A DNA stretch of 64,000 nucleotides from Veillonella parvula (GCF_018366295.1 NZ_JAGZIJ010000001.1:484462-548461); one strand, 5' to 3'. Counted from the stretch's first letter, positions 20,791 through 31,446 are shown. Made by a program: numbers and translations. Notes: generated by a model from the letters alone, not told the origin.

Positions 20791-22235
20791 TACACAACCT
20801 CCCAAAATCTTTCACAAATTTTATGTCGTTTCTCTAAAAGTGCATCTATCGTTACGTGATAAACATCTACGTCTTTTGGCATATGCTGTTTAAGTTGACG
20901 GTATTCAGGGGCTCGCATCCACTTAGACGAGCTGCCAGGCCCCATAGATAGAATACTCTGCCGTTCTTCCATGATCTGAATATTATATTCACACGCTTTG
21001 CCAGGCAAGGTATAGCCAATATTCTCTAACTGCCCTCTCATATATTGTTGGCGATATAAATAATATGGCACATAACCAGCTGCTTCAAGACGCTCTTTAC
21101 CATATTGTACCATTTCCGCCACAAGATGTTCTTCAGGAATATCATCTTCCATATGTAAATCGTACAACGGGCTACCACGTTTTAATGCTAACGTATGAAT
21201 TGTAACATTTTCCGGCAGATTTTGACATACATAATCCATATTCTCTATCATGTTTAACATCGTTTGATTAGGCAAGCCTGCAATAAAATCCATATTTACG
21301 GCTAATGATGTATTGTTTTTTACATATTGTAAAAGTTCATCAATATCCCGTACACTATGGCCGCGTCCAATACGACGCAAAATATCATCTTGCATTGTTT
21401 GCGGGTTAATGCTAATACGATTCACACCTAGCGCAAGCATGGAACGTAGCTTTGTAGGATTAACAGAATCAGGTCGTCCTGCCTCTACAGTAAATTCATG
21501 ACCTTCTGGTACGAGTAGAGACAACTGTTTTAGAACCTGGTGAAAGTCTTCATCCTTTAGCACTGTCGGAGTACCACCGCCCATATAGAGGGTATTTACG
21601 GTTAAATTATAAGATTGGACAATAGCTTTCATATCTTCTATATCACGGGTTAAAGCCTTTAGGAATTGACTTTTACCAGCATAATCCTGATAGAGACCAT
21701 ATGGAAACGAGCAATATACACAACGCGTGTCACAGAAAGGAATACCACAATAGAGACTCACCTTTTTATCATCTGTATCAGATAGAAATGGACGTTGATA
21801 CTCGCCAATGTCCCCCAAAGTAGCAAGCTTTTCCATAGACACAGAAAACTCGTCCCGAATGTGACGAGTTGCTGCGTGGACAGAGCCATATGTATCTATA
21901 TATTTATGTAGTAGCTTTGTAGGGCGCACACCTACCATAGTTCCCCACGGAGCCTCAGCAGGTAAGCCTTGATATTCACGCAAATAGCGCAACAAGGCTT
22001 GTCCAATTTGGCGACGCCCCATAGAGGAAACAGGGCCTTCAAAAATCTGAACCGAATCACCAATGGTAACAGTTAATGTGTAGAGCCCTTCCACTTCATG
22101 TGCTTCAAGGATAACCTCTGGATTTATCTTATCAGAAAAGAGTCCCGCCGCGCCACAGTTATGAGCTACTACGGAGCCAAGTGGTAATGGACCCGTATAT
22201 AGATATCCATTAACCATGATGGGACATACGCTCAA
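20790..22235 (-). CDS. HemN/HemZ-like radical SAM protein (oxygen-independent coproporphyrinogen-III oxidase family, long N-terminal extension)
   Basis: 481 aa with CGIPFCDTRCVYCSF (CxxxCxxC) and a HemN-like C-terminal domain. The size and N-terminal extension resemble Bacillus HemZ. Confidence 0.6.
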   Translation of the reverse strand: MSVCPIMVNGYLYTGPLPLGSVVAHNCGAAGLFSDKINPEVILEAHEVEGLYTLTVTIGDSVQIFEGPVSSMGRRQIGQALLRYLREYQGLPAEAPWGTMVGVRPTKLLHKYIDTYGSVHAATRHIRDEFSVSMEKLATLGDIGEYQRPFLSDTDDKKVSLYCGIPFCDTRCVYCSFPYGLYQDYAGKSQFLKALTRDIEDMKAIVQSYNLTVNTLYMGGGTPTVLKDEDFHQVLKQLSLLVPEGHEFTVEAGRPDSVNPTKLRSMLALGVNRISINPQTMQDDILRRIGRGHSVRDIDELLQYVKNNTSLAVNMDFIAGLPNQTMLNMIENMDYVCQNLPENVTIHTLALKRGSPLYDLHMEDDIPEEHLVAEMVQYGKERLEAAGYVPYYLYRQQYMRGQLENIGYTLPGKACEYNIQIMEERQSILSMGPGSSSKWMRAPEYRQLKQHMPKDVDVYHVTIDALLEKRHKICERFWEVV

Positions 22236-22698
22236 GCTTTTCTAATTCTGCTTCAGTCATATGATTTTGGCAATCACTACAGTAACCATATACTTTCAAT
22301 TGATGATCAATGGTACGGAAGTTTAATTTCTTAGCGATAATAGACTCCAATGTTTCAAGCATGTCGTCTTCAAACTCGGATACTTTACCACATTTTACGC
22401 AAATCAAATGATGATGGAAATGAGCGAACTCTTCGTCATTTAATTCATAGCGATTACGGCCATCACCAAAATCAAGACGTTTTAACAAATCAAGTTCTGT
22501 GAAGAGATCAAGAGTTCTGTAAATTGTTGCTAACCCGATATCAGGTGCTACTTCTTTTACAAGAACATATACATCTTCAGCACTCAAGTGATTTTCATCA
22601 GCATCGATGAATGCTTGCAAAATTGTTTGACGTTGAGTTGTCAATTTGTACTTTTTGTCTTTAATGCGTTCTTTTAATTTTTCTAATGTTGTGTTCAT
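22210..22698 (-). CDS. fur: Fur-family metalloregulator (Fur/PerR/Zur type)
   Basis: 162 aa with a winged HTH (QRQTILQAF...LSAEDVYVLV), an HHHLICVKCGKV motif and a C-terminal CxxC. Confidence 0.85.
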   Translation of the reverse strand: MNTTLEKLKERIKDKKYKLTTQRQTILQAFIDADENHLSAEDVYVLVKEVAPDIGLATIYRTLDLFTELDLLKRLDFGDGRNRYELNDEEFAHFHHHLICVKCGKVSEFEDDMLETLESIIAKKLNFRTIDHQLKVYGYCSDCQNHMTEAELEKLERMSHHG

Positions 22699-22739
22699 AA
22701 TAAATTTCCCCTCGACTGTAAAAAATAATTCGTTTAAAC

Positions 22740-23375
22740 CTACTGACCAACGAATGGGTTGTATTGTTTTTCATACCCTATATTTGTTTCCGGTCCATGA
22801 CCAGGATAAACCATTGTATTATCAGGCAATCTATATAGCTGAGTCTTAATCGATGATATCAGGATCTCATAAGAACCATTTGGAAAATCTGTACGGCCTA
22901 CGGAATCTCTGAATAGAGTATCCCCTACAAATACAAGACCTTCCATGTAATAACACACCCCTCCTGGCGTATGACCTGGTGTTTCAAGCACCTCAAGATC
23001 GATATCACCACATGTAATATGATCACCTTGTTTAACCTCGATGATTTCCGCTTTTACCTTAATTGGCGTTGGATTGCTATAAGCACTAAGATTAAGTTCA
23101 GGATCAGATAAATACGGTACATCGCCTTTATGAATATATACAGGCACATGATAGGTGTTTACAATTTCTTGAATGCCACCAATATGATCTCCATGTCCAT
23201 GTGTCAGTACAACCGCCTTCGGCTTTAAGTCATGTTTTTTTAGCGCATCTAGTACTTCAGCTGTTGCAGGATCGATAATGAAAGCTTCACCTATCGCTTT
23301 ATCACCGATAACATAGCAATTTGTTCCTAATGGACCTAAAGGCATGCGCATAAGCACTAATTGTTGTTCGCTCAT
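22740..23375 (-). CDS. MBL-fold metallo-hydrolase (glyoxalase II-like)
   Basis: 211 aa containing THGHGDHIGG, the metallo-beta-lactamase HxHxDH motif. Confidence 0.75.
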   Translation of the reverse strand: MSEQQLVLMRMPLGPLGTNCYVIGDKAIGEAFIIDPATAEVLDALKKHDLKPKAVVLTHGHGDHIGGIQEIVNTYHVPVYIHKGDVPYLSDPELNLSAYSNPTPIKVKAEIIEVKQGDHITCGDIDLEVLETPGHTPGGVCYYMEGLVFVGDTLFRDSVGRTDFPNGSYEILISSIKTQLYRLPDNTMVYPGHGPETNIGYEKQYNPFVGQ

Positions 23376-25615
23376 TAAGCCCCTCCTTTACTACGTTGAA
23401 CAGTATACACTTCACGAATACGACGCAATTTAGTCATTACGAAATCTAGTTGCGAAATATCCCGAATATCAACCACCAAATTGATGCTTACATTTTTTGT
23501 ATCTTCTTGAACCTTAGCATTGATGTTAGTAATGGTGATTTTCAATTCTGAAAGCACCGCCATAACCTCCATGAGAATGCCAGCTCGATCATAAGCCTGA
23601 ATATCAATGCCTACATGGAAAGATTCTCCAGAAGAACCGTCCCAAGAGACTTCTATCATCCGCTCTAAGTCTTCAGGAGAATGTCCCATGCTAGGGCAAT
23701 CACAGCGGTGAATAGAAACACCACGACCACGGGTTATGTAACCTATAATATCATCACCAGGTACAGGATTACAGCATTTTGCCATACGCACCATCACACC
23801 AGCTTCACCTTTTACGAGAACACCAGTGCCATTTTTAGTTTTCTTTTGTCCTTGAGATTTTAATTTCTCAATAATTTGCTCTGTACTGCGCTTAGATTCC
23901 TCTACCTCTTTAGACTTTTTATAAAGTTCAATTAAACGCAAGAGAACAGTGCTTACAGGAATGCCGCCATAGCCACAGGCTGCAAACATTTCCTCTTCTG
24001 TACCGGCTTTAAGTTGTTTCGTTACATGTTGTAAACGGTTGTCTGCACATAATTCTTTCCAATTATGATTCAATCGTTTTGCTTCTTTTTCAAGAGCTTC
24101 TAAGCCTTTTTCAATATTTTCAGCTTTATTTTCACGCTTGAACCAATTACGAATTTTACTCTTACTTTCAGAAGAACCTACGATATTCAACCAATCAAGG
24201 CTAGGACGACCTGTTTTGGATGTGATGATATCAACAATATCACCATTTTGCAAGGTATAATCCAACGGCACAATTTTGCCGTTTACCTTAGCACCAACAC
24301 AATGATGACCTACATCGGTATGAACTCGATAGGCAAAGTCAAGCGGTACAGAGCCTATTGGCAACTTAACAACGTCACCCTTTGGCGTAAATACAAATAC
24401 CTCACCAGAGAAAACGTCTAATTTCAAAGCATTAACGAGTTCTGTTGGATTACTAGTATCTTGCCATTCAAGAACCTGGCGCAGCCATGCAACCTTTTGA
24501 TCAAATTCTTTATCGCCGTTTTTATTTCCTTCTTTATATCGCCAGTGAGCAGCCACACCATATTCAGATACACGGTGCATTTCCCAAGTACGGATTTGAA
24601 TCTCTACCGGTTGCCCCATCGTGCCGATAACGGTTGTATGCAAGGATTGATACATATTAGACTTCGGCATGGAAATATAATCTTTGAAGCGATAAGGCAA
24701 TGGCTTCCACAAGCTATGTGCAATGCCAAGTACTGCATAACAATCAGGAATGCTATCAACAATTACACGAACGGCAAGCAAATCATAAATTTGGGATAAA
24801 TCACGATTGTCCTTTTTCATCTTCTTATAAATACTGTAGAAGTGTTTTGGACGACCTTTGATATCCGCCTTAATATGGGCTTCACTTAAGGCCTTTGTAA
24901 GTTGCCTCATCGTATCATTAACAATGTCTTCCCGGACTTGGCGTTTTTGTTTCATTTGATCGACTAGATCATAGTATTTTTCCGGCTCTAAATAACGGAA
25001 GGATAAATCTTCCAACTCCCATTTCACATTGAAGATACCAAGACGATGTGCCAAAGGTGCAAAGATTTCTAGGGTTTCCTTAGCAATACGTTTTTGTTTG
25101 TCACTACGCATATGCTTTAAGGTGCGCATATTATGTAAGCGATCACCCAATTTAATAACTACGACACGTACGTCCTTCGCCATAGCTAAAATCATCTTTC
25201 GATAGTTTTCCATTTGGCGATCTTCTTTTGTTTCATACTGGAATTGGTTTAATTTTGTTACCCCATCAACGAGGAATGCTACTTCAGAGCCAAACATCTC
25301 CTCTAGGTCTTCCTTCGAGTAAGATGTATCTTCAACCACATCATGCATAAGAGCTGCCATGAGTGTAATATGGTCGATTTGTAAATGTGCCAAAATATCA
25401 GCTACAGCTAAAGGATGCATAATATACGGTTCACCGGAAGCTCTAAACTGACCTTCATGAGCCTTATCAGCAAGCTCAAAAGCTTTCAATACTTGGTCAC
25501 ACTCATCATCTGTTAAATACGTATGGATATACTCCATAAACTCGGCTAAGGCTTTACTTTTATCAAATGTACTTTGTTCCACCAAAGCTTTGCCTTCTTC
25601 ATTTACAGTTGTCAT
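23375..25615 (-). CDS. relA: Bifunctional (p)ppGpp synthetase/hydrolase RelA/SpoT (Rel)
   Basis: 746 aa with HD hydrolase, synthetase, TGS and ACT domains. Gene order recJ-relA. Confidence 0.95.
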   Translation of the reverse strand: MTTVNEEGKALVEQSTFDKSKALAEFMEYIHTYLTDDECDQVLKAFELADKAHEGQFRASGEPYIMHPLAVADILAHLQIDHITLMAALMHDVVEDTSYSKEDLEEMFGSEVAFLVDGVTKLNQFQYETKEDRQMENYRKMILAMAKDVRVVVIKLGDRLHNMRTLKHMRSDKQKRIAKETLEIFAPLAHRLGIFNVKWELEDLSFRYLEPEKYYDLVDQMKQKRQVREDIVNDTMRQLTKALSEAHIKADIKGRPKHFYSIYKKMKKDNRDLSQIYDLLAVRVIVDSIPDCYAVLGIAHSLWKPLPYRFKDYISMPKSNMYQSLHTTVIGTMGQPVEIQIRTWEMHRVSEYGVAAHWRYKEGNKNGDKEFDQKVAWLRQVLEWQDTSNPTELVNALKLDVFSGEVFVFTPKGDVVKLPIGSVPLDFAYRVHTDVGHHCVGAKVNGKIVPLDYTLQNGDIVDIITSKTGRPSLDWLNIVGSSESKSKIRNWFKRENKAENIEKGLEALEKEAKRLNHNWKELCADNRLQHVTKQLKAGTEEEMFAACGYGGIPVSTVLLRLIELYKKSKEVEESKRSTEQIIEKLKSQGQKKTKNGTGVLVKGEAGVMVRMAKCCNPVPGDDIIGYITRGRGVSIHRCDCPSMGHSPEDLERMIEVSWDGSSGESFHVGIDIQAYDRAGILMEVMAVLSELKITITNINAKVQEDTKNVSINLVVDIRDISQLDFVMTKLRRIREVYTVQRSKGGA

Positions 25616-25626
25616 GATGTCACCTC

Positions 25627-27612
25627 CTATACACTATAAGTAAGGAATGTTACGGATGTGACAAGATCTAATTTTCCTTCAATGGCGTTCCATCTAAGCA
25701 TTAATTGACCATCATCACTTGTATATTCTTCAACAATGCCCAATTCTTTAAATACATCAATAGATGTTAGAGCACTGCGATTATTCTGATCTGCCGGCTT
25801 ACGGCGCAATATATCTTGTTCTACATTATAAACCGATTGACTACGACCTCGCATGGACTGTTTTATTATGACATACATTTGTCTAAGCCCTTCTGTAGAA
25901 AGCTTAATCGGCTCTTCAGTCAATGGTTCAATAGCTTGAATCATGAGTTGCGGAGAAACCATACCTTGCCATTCATTCTTTTGCAAGGAAAAAGCCACTT
26001 TTACCACAGTTCCCATAAAGATAGATTTAAATAAGTCTGGACGATTCCAAGCTATAGCATCTAATGTACCATTCGAAGTTTCAAATATTATCTTACAATG
26101 ATTTTTTAATTGGCCCATGAGCATAATATCTTGCACGGTAGCTTCCATAATAGCAAAGACTGGCGTGCTATTGGCCATCCCATAAGGTTCAAGGTCTGAT
26201 ACGCGGTCAATGATATCGACATCGATATCATCAACAGGTAGTTCCGCATCAATAGCAACCACAGGAATATATTCCTCATCTGTAATAACTGCTTTGCAAT
26301 ACTTGGTTAACCGTTCTCGTAACTCATCAATACGATTTGCATCGATGCTAAAGCCTGCTGCCGCAGCATGCCCGCCAAACTGTAGCAAGATATCCTCACA
26401 AGATTTTAATGCATCATATATGTTAAAGCCATCTATACTACGGCACGAGCCTTTACCAATGCCATCATGAATACTGATAACTAAGGTTGGTTTGTAAAAC
26501 TCCTCTACTAGACGAGAAGCAACAATACCAATGACTCCTGGATGCCACTCTTCGCCGGCCACAATAGTTACATAATCAGCTTTATGTCCTTGATTAGCTA
26601 CATCAACACGAGCTAACTCATGAATATTTCGTTCTAACTCTTGTCGTTCACGATTCGTTTCATTTAGTTCATCCGCAATTGCCTCTACTATATCCTCGTC
26701 ATCGGTCACAAGTAGTTCGACCGCACGCGTTGCATGCGTTACGCGACCCGCTGCATTAAGACGAGGTGCTAAGGTAAAACCAATATGTCCAGATGTAATA
26801 GTTCGTTCATGGAGCCCAGCTACACCAATAAGCTTTTTAATTCCTAAATTAGGTTCCCTATTCATCTTCTCAAGGCCTGATTTCACAATGATGCGGTTCT
26901 CACCGACCAAAGGTACTACATCGGCCACAGTGCCAAGTGCAACGATATCTAAATCATCTAAGTACCATTCTCCGTGCTTTGTAAGCCACAAGGCTTGGCA
27001 TAATTTGAAAGCAACCCCTACGCCAGATAAGTTTTTATCCTTATATGGACAATCCTTTTGCTTATGATTTATAACGGCCTTTGCTCGTGGAATCATATCA
27101 GGAGCCGTATGGTGATCCGTAATAATCATATCGATGCGGTCTCGTACAGCCTCTACAATATCGTAAGAACTAATGCCGCAGTCTACAGTAATGACTAAAG
27201 CCGTTCCCCGTTCAATAAGGTGCTCTAAAGCCTCTAAATTGAGGCCATACCCTTCACTTTGACGTTCTGGTATGTAATAGGTAACATCGGCACCTAATTT
27301 CTTTAAAAATCGATAAAGTACTGATGTTGCAGTAATACCATCTACATCATAATCACCATAAATGACGATTGGTTTGTGACTTTCAATTGTTTCCAGAACT
27401 AGTGAAACAGCCACATCCATATCTTTTAATGTAAATGGATCTAACAAATCTGACAAAGTACCTTGTAAAAACTGACGACCTTCGTCTACATCAATGTGAC
27501 GATTCACCATTAATTTAGCCACAATAGGGTTTACACCAAGTTCACGGATTAAGATATTCTCTTTCTCTTGATCACCTTTACAAAGGCGCCAACGTTTTTT
27601 CTTAATCATCAT
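25627..27612 (-). CDS. recJ: Single-stranded-DNA-specific exonuclease RecJ
   Basis: 661 aa of the DHH/DHHA1 family (ITDHH, GGGHAAAAG). Confidence 0.9.
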   Translation of the reverse strand: MMIKKKRWRLCKGDQEKENILIRELGVNPIVAKLMVNRHIDVDEGRQFLQGTLSDLLDPFTLKDMDVAVSLVLETIESHKPIVIYGDYDVDGITATSVLYRFLKKLGADVTYYIPERQSEGYGLNLEALEHLIERGTALVITVDCGISSYDIVEAVRDRIDMIITDHHTAPDMIPRAKAVINHKQKDCPYKDKNLSGVGVAFKLCQALWLTKHGEWYLDDLDIVALGTVADVVPLVGENRIIVKSGLEKMNREPNLGIKKLIGVAGLHERTITSGHIGFTLAPRLNAAGRVTHATRAVELLVTDDEDIVEAIADELNETNRERQELERNIHELARVDVANQGHKADYVTIVAGEEWHPGVIGIVASRLVEEFYKPTLVISIHDGIGKGSCRSIDGFNIYDALKSCEDILLQFGGHAAAAGFSIDANRIDELRERLTKYCKAVITDEEYIPVVAIDAELPVDDIDVDIIDRVSDLEPYGMANSTPVFAIMEATVQDIMLMGQLKNHCKIIFETSNGTLDAIAWNRPDLFKSIFMGTVVKVAFSLQKNEWQGMVSPQLMIQAIEPLTEEPIKLSTEGLRQMYVIIKQSMRGRSQSVYNVEQDILRRKPADQNNRSALTSIDVFKELGIVEEYTSDDGQLMLRWNAIEGKLDLVTSVTFLTYSV

Positions 27613-27624
27613 ATCCCTCAGTAG

Positions 27625-27672
27625 TTTATAATCAATATTATTCTTGAATTCAACGTATTATCATTATCATTT
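27625..27672 (-). promoter_or_regulatory. Promoter of the recJ operon with an abutting classic Fur box
   Basis: Minus strand reads AATGATAATGATAATAcgTTGAAT-(17 nt)-TATAAA, about 12 nt before the recJ start. The two perfect GATAAT hexamers, plus ATG, match the Fur consensus GATAATGATAATCATTATC. Confidence 0.6.
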
Positions 27673-27750
27673 TTATTTATTATACCTTAAAATGCAAATA
27701 AAATAAACTATTTTATATATTTTATTCTCATTTAAATCTTGCTATTTTCT

Positions 27751-27788
27751 CAACAAGAAAGAGCCTCCCATTATCAATAGGAGGCTCC
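27751..27788 (-). terminator. Intrinsic terminator downstream of hydG
   Basis: GGAGCCTCC...GGGAGGCTC hairpin followed by UUUCUUGUU on the minus strand. Confidence 0.5.
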
Positions 27789-27803
27789 ATATCAGTGAAT
27801 TCC

Positions 27804-29258
27804 TTAGAACCGGAAGTCCCGTTCGCCGTCTTTCATCTGTGCAATATAAGCTTTAGCTTTATCTTTAACTAAATCATTTTTGATATTTTCTAACTGTTGT
27901 TCAATAACCTTAGAACCATGAGCCTTAGTTTCATCATTGCCGTAATCCATGATATATTCGTTCAATGTCATCAACGCATTTGGTTGACAACAGTTGTGAA
28001 TTTGACCGGATTTTGCAAGAGCCATGAATCGATCCCCAGTTCTACCTGCACGATAACAAGCAGTACAGAAGCTTGGAACATACCCAAGGTCTAGCAACCA
28101 GTTAACGATTTCATCTAATGTACGCGTATCACTACGATCGAATTGTGCCGTATTATCTTCTGGCTTTTCTTCTTCTTTGTAACCACCTACACTAGTACGA
28201 GATCCACCACTAATTTGGGAGATACCTAATGCCAAGCCACGTTCACGCATGGATTGACTTTCACGAGTGGACATAATCATACCTGTATACGGTGTGGAGA
28301 CGCGGATAAGAGCAACAATTTTTTCAAATACATCATCAGGTACAGCATTACTGAAATCATCTACATCGATATCATCCGCTGGACAAATACGAGGTACAGA
28401 AATAGTATGTGGACCTACCCCATACACAGCCTCTAAATGTTCTGCGTGCATCAACAAACCAACGAAATCGTATTTATAATGTTCCAAACCATAAAGAACT
28501 CCGATGCCTACATCATCAATACCACCTTGCATAGCGCGGTCCATCGCCTCTGTATGGTAGGCGTAGTCGCTCTTAGGGCCTGTAGGATGTAAAGCTTCAT
28601 AGTTTTCTTTATTATATGTTTCTTGGAATAATGTATACGTGCCAATACCAGCTTCATGTAATTTTTTGTAGTCCTCAACGGAACAAGCTGCAATATTTAC
28701 GTTTACACGGCGGATTTCACCATTTTTATTTTTGATACTGTAAATCGTCTTGATGGATTCCAAAATATATTCCAGTGGATTATTAAGAGGATCTTCACCA
28801 GACTCAATTACAATACGCTTATGGCCCATCGCTTCTAACGCAATAACCTCTTCTCTGATTTGGTCTTGCGTTAATTTTTTACGTTTAATATCGCGGTTTT
28901 TGGAGTGGTACGGACAATACACACATCCATTGATACAATAGTTAGACAAGTATAACGGTGCAAATAGAACAATACGATCGCCGTAGATAGCCTTCTTGAT
29001 TTCCTTTGCTAAAGCAAAAAGCTTTTCCTTATATTCAGGTAACGGACATTCTAAGAGAACTGCTGCTTCTCGGTGGTTTAATCCCTTAAATGTAGCAGCT
29101 TTCGCTAAAATAGCATCTAACAACTCCCTATTTTCCTTGTTTTCCTCTGCATAGGCAAGTGTGTCAAGGATTTCCTGATGGGAAATAAATTCCTCCGCCT
29201 TTGGAGATTTTACATCATACATAGTACTTACCTCAAATCTTTCTAGTGGCAATGCCAC
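27804..29258 (-). CDS. hydG: [FeFe]-hydrogenase maturase HydG-like radical SAM tyrosine lyase (ThiH paralogue)
   Basis: 484 aa with an N-terminal radical SAM motif CINGCVYC and a C-terminal auxiliary cluster motif CTACx21CC. Size matches HydG rather than ThiH (about 370 aa). Confidence 0.65.
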   Translation of the reverse strand: MALPLERFEVSTMYDVKSPKAEEFISHQEILDTLAYAEENKENRELLDAILAKAATFKGLNHREAAVLLECPLPEYKEKLFALAKEIKKAIYGDRIVLFAPLYLSNYCINGCVYCPYHSKNRDIKRKKLTQDQIREEVIALEAMGHKRIVIESGEDPLNNPLEYILESIKTIYSIKNKNGEIRRVNVNIAACSVEDYKKLHEAGIGTYTLFQETYNKENYEALHPTGPKSDYAYHTEAMDRAMQGGIDDVGIGVLYGLEHYKYDFVGLLMHAEHLEAVYGVGPHTISVPRICPADDIDVDDFSNAVPDDVFEKIVALIRVSTPYTGMIMSTRESQSMRERGLALGISQISGGSRTSVGGYKEEEKPEDNTAQFDRSDTRTLDEIVNWLLDLGYVPSFCTACYRAGRTGDRFMALAKSGQIHNCCQPNALMTLNEYIMDYGNDETKAHGSKVIEQQLENIKNDLVKDKAKAYIAQMKDGERDFRF

Positions 29259-29532
29259 CCCTCTTTAGGTTTATGAAAGTATATGACAACCAGTCTTCTG
29301 GTATTTCACTGATACTGTACATAGTATACCACTATTCCTACTAAAAAGCACAGGAATTTGATACATGCAAAAAGGTTGCCACCTCATAAGAGGAAGCAAC
29401 CTTTATATCATGGGAGTTTCTAATCTATATCGATTATCTATATCGAACATGACTAAAATGTATGTATGTATTTTTACACGAGATAAACCCTTACATAATA
29501 GTACTAACTATATATTACAAATGTATTTAGTC

Positions 29533-30621
29533 CTATTCTCCCCATGTATCATACAGCTCTTTCATAGCACGTTCTTTCGCAATAATACCATGGGCCATCC
29601 ACAAAGTACTATCCACTTGCAATACATGATCGGCTTTTACAGCAGGCAAATTTTTCCACAACTCATCTTTTTTAAGATTTGCCAATCGTTGGTCTGCTAC
29701 ACCTTGATTATTAGCACTAGAAGCACCGTAACCAGCAGAAACGATTAAATAGCCTGCATCAAGATCGGGTAATCGCTCTAAAGAAATCGCATTGTTCGTA
29801 GGGTTAAGTTCTGTTTCTAATACCATATCAGGCGGTTTAATATTAAGTAATTCAGCCATAAAGACATTCAAATCGCTTTTCATATACGGATACAATCGTA
29901 TTTCTTTATTTAAAATTCTTAGAAAAGCTACGGTTTCCCCTTGCATATGTTCAGCTAAAGCTATCCGTGTTTTCTTAGCCTGTGAATAATATTCTTTCAA
30001 ACGAGCTTCCCCTTTTTCAGGGACCCCAAGTGCTTTAGCAATAGTTAGTAGTGCAACTTCTTCCTTATTTACGTTGACAGAAATGGTTGGAGCAATTTTA
30101 GAAAGTGCATTATATGCCGCTTTGCCATAAGAGTCACGCATAATAATCAAATCCGGTTTTAAAGCCTGAATCTGCTCATAGTTGATAGTCTTTGTTTCAT
30201 CATTAATACTAAAATTTTGAACATTACGATTACTTAATTCATTATAAAGATAGCTTTTTTCATTAAAATTTGCCCCTATAAAAGATTCATCTAATGCAAT
30301 CATAGGATCTTCTGTCCGAACAACCACGATACGTTTATGTTCTTTGGGCATAACTGTTGTCCCGAGCTTATGAGTGACAATAATCTTATCTCCTTCAACA
30401 GTAACAATTTTATCTGCTGCCTTTTGGATAGCCGTTAATCGCTTCTTAAACTCTTTATCAATTTCCTTTGGATCATTAGATCGTTCTAGGGCAGCTTTCA
30501 TCTTATCATCAAGGCTAGCATAGATAGCTTCATGAGTCATGCCATTTTGTTGAGGTCCGCAACCGGCAATCCCCATAATTACACAAGCTCCTATTAAGCT
30601 TGACAGTAACAATCGCTTCAT
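29533..30621 (-). CDS. Iron-siderophore/Fe3+ ABC transporter substrate-binding lipoprotein (FhuD/FecB-like)
   Basis: About 362 aa with a lipoprotein signal (LIGACVIMGIAGCG) and a cluster A-2 periplasmic-binding fold. First gene after an ATPase plus two FecCD permeases. Confidence 0.75.
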   Translation of the reverse strand: MKRLLLSSLIGACVIMGIAGCGPQQNGMTHEAIYASLDDKMKAALERSNDPKEIDKEFKKRLTAIQKAADKIVTVEGDKIIVTHKLGTTVMPKEHKRIVVVRTEDPMIALDESFIGANFNEKSYLYNELSNRNVQNFSINDETKTINYEQIQALKPDLIIMRDSYGKAAYNALSKIAPTISVNVNKEEVALLTIAKALGVPEKGEARLKEYYSQAKKTRIALAEHMQGETVAFLRILNKEIRLYPYMKSDLNVFMAELLNIKPPDMVLETELNPTNNAISLERLPDLDAGYLIVSAGYGASSANNQGVADQRLANLKKDELWKNLPAVKADHVLQVDSTLWMAHGIIAKERAMKELYDTWGE

Positions 30622-30622
30622 A

Positions 30623-31432
30623 CTACACCTCACGTGCCGTATGGTCATAATTCTTCATAGAATAAGGAATACAGAACGGACGATCCGTCTTAGGATCATT
30701 CATAATCGTAGAATCTACACCAAATACATCCTTTAACATCTCGTTATGGAAAATATCATGAGGAGTACCTTCGTACTGAATTTTTCCATCTTTCATAGCT
30801 ACTAAATAATCAGCAAAACGAGCTGCTTCATTAAGTTCATGAATAACCATAATAATCGTCTTATTATATGTTTTATTTAAATGCTCTACTAAATGCAATA
30901 CATCCATTTGGTGAGATACATCAAGAAAGCTCGTCGGTTCATCAAGAAACAAAATATCTGTATTTTGTGCAATAGCCATAGCAATCCAAGCTCGTTGGCG
31001 TTGACCGCCAGACATGTGCGTAATACCACGATCTGCAAATGATAGTAATTCAGTTTCTTTTAAAGCCCACTCTACAATTTCTTTATCTTCCTTTGTAGTA
31101 CGAGCAAAAAGGCTACCTTGATGCGGTGCACGTCCATACATAACAAGTTCGCGAACAGTGATTTCACCAGGTGCTGTAGGATTTTGAGGTAAAATAGCAA
31201 CCTTCTTCGCTAATTCACGACTATTGTAATCACCAATAGACTTACCATCTAATAATACATCACCATCCATGGGACGAATAATACGACAAATTGTTTTTAA
31301 CAATGTAGACTTACCACAACCATTAGCACCAATCAATGCGGTCACTTTACCTTCTGGAATTGTAAGATTCAAGTTTTCTATAATTTTTGTATCACCGTAA
31401 CCTGTGGTTAAGTTATTAATTTCTAATTTCAT
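30623..31432 (-). CDS. Iron ABC transporter ATP-binding protein (FecE/FhuC-like)
   Basis: 269 aa with Walker A GANGCGKST, the LSGGQRQR signature and Walker B. Confidence 0.9.
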   Translation of the reverse strand: MKLEINNLTTGYGDTKIIENLNLTIPEGKVTALIGANGCGKSTLLKTICRIIRPMDGDVLLDGKSIGDYNSRELAKKVAILPQNPTAPGEITVRELVMYGRAPHQGSLFARTTKEDKEIVEWALKETELLSFADRGITHMSGGQRQRAWIAMAIAQNTDILFLDEPTSFLDVSHQMDVLHLVEHLNKTYNKTIIMVIHELNEAARFADYLVAMKDGKIQYEGTPHDIFHNEMLKDVFGVDSTIMNDPKTDRPFCIPYSMKNYDHTAREV

Positions 31433-31446
31433 TTATATCTCCCCTT

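Noticed and set aside
20790-20830. T-box leader upstream of hisS
   Set aside because: hisS overlaps the upstream radical SAM CDS, so there is no room for a leader.
29365-29748. 127-aa plus-strand ORF
   Set aside because: It lies in the intergenic region and antisense to the iron SBP gene, and has low-complexity composition.
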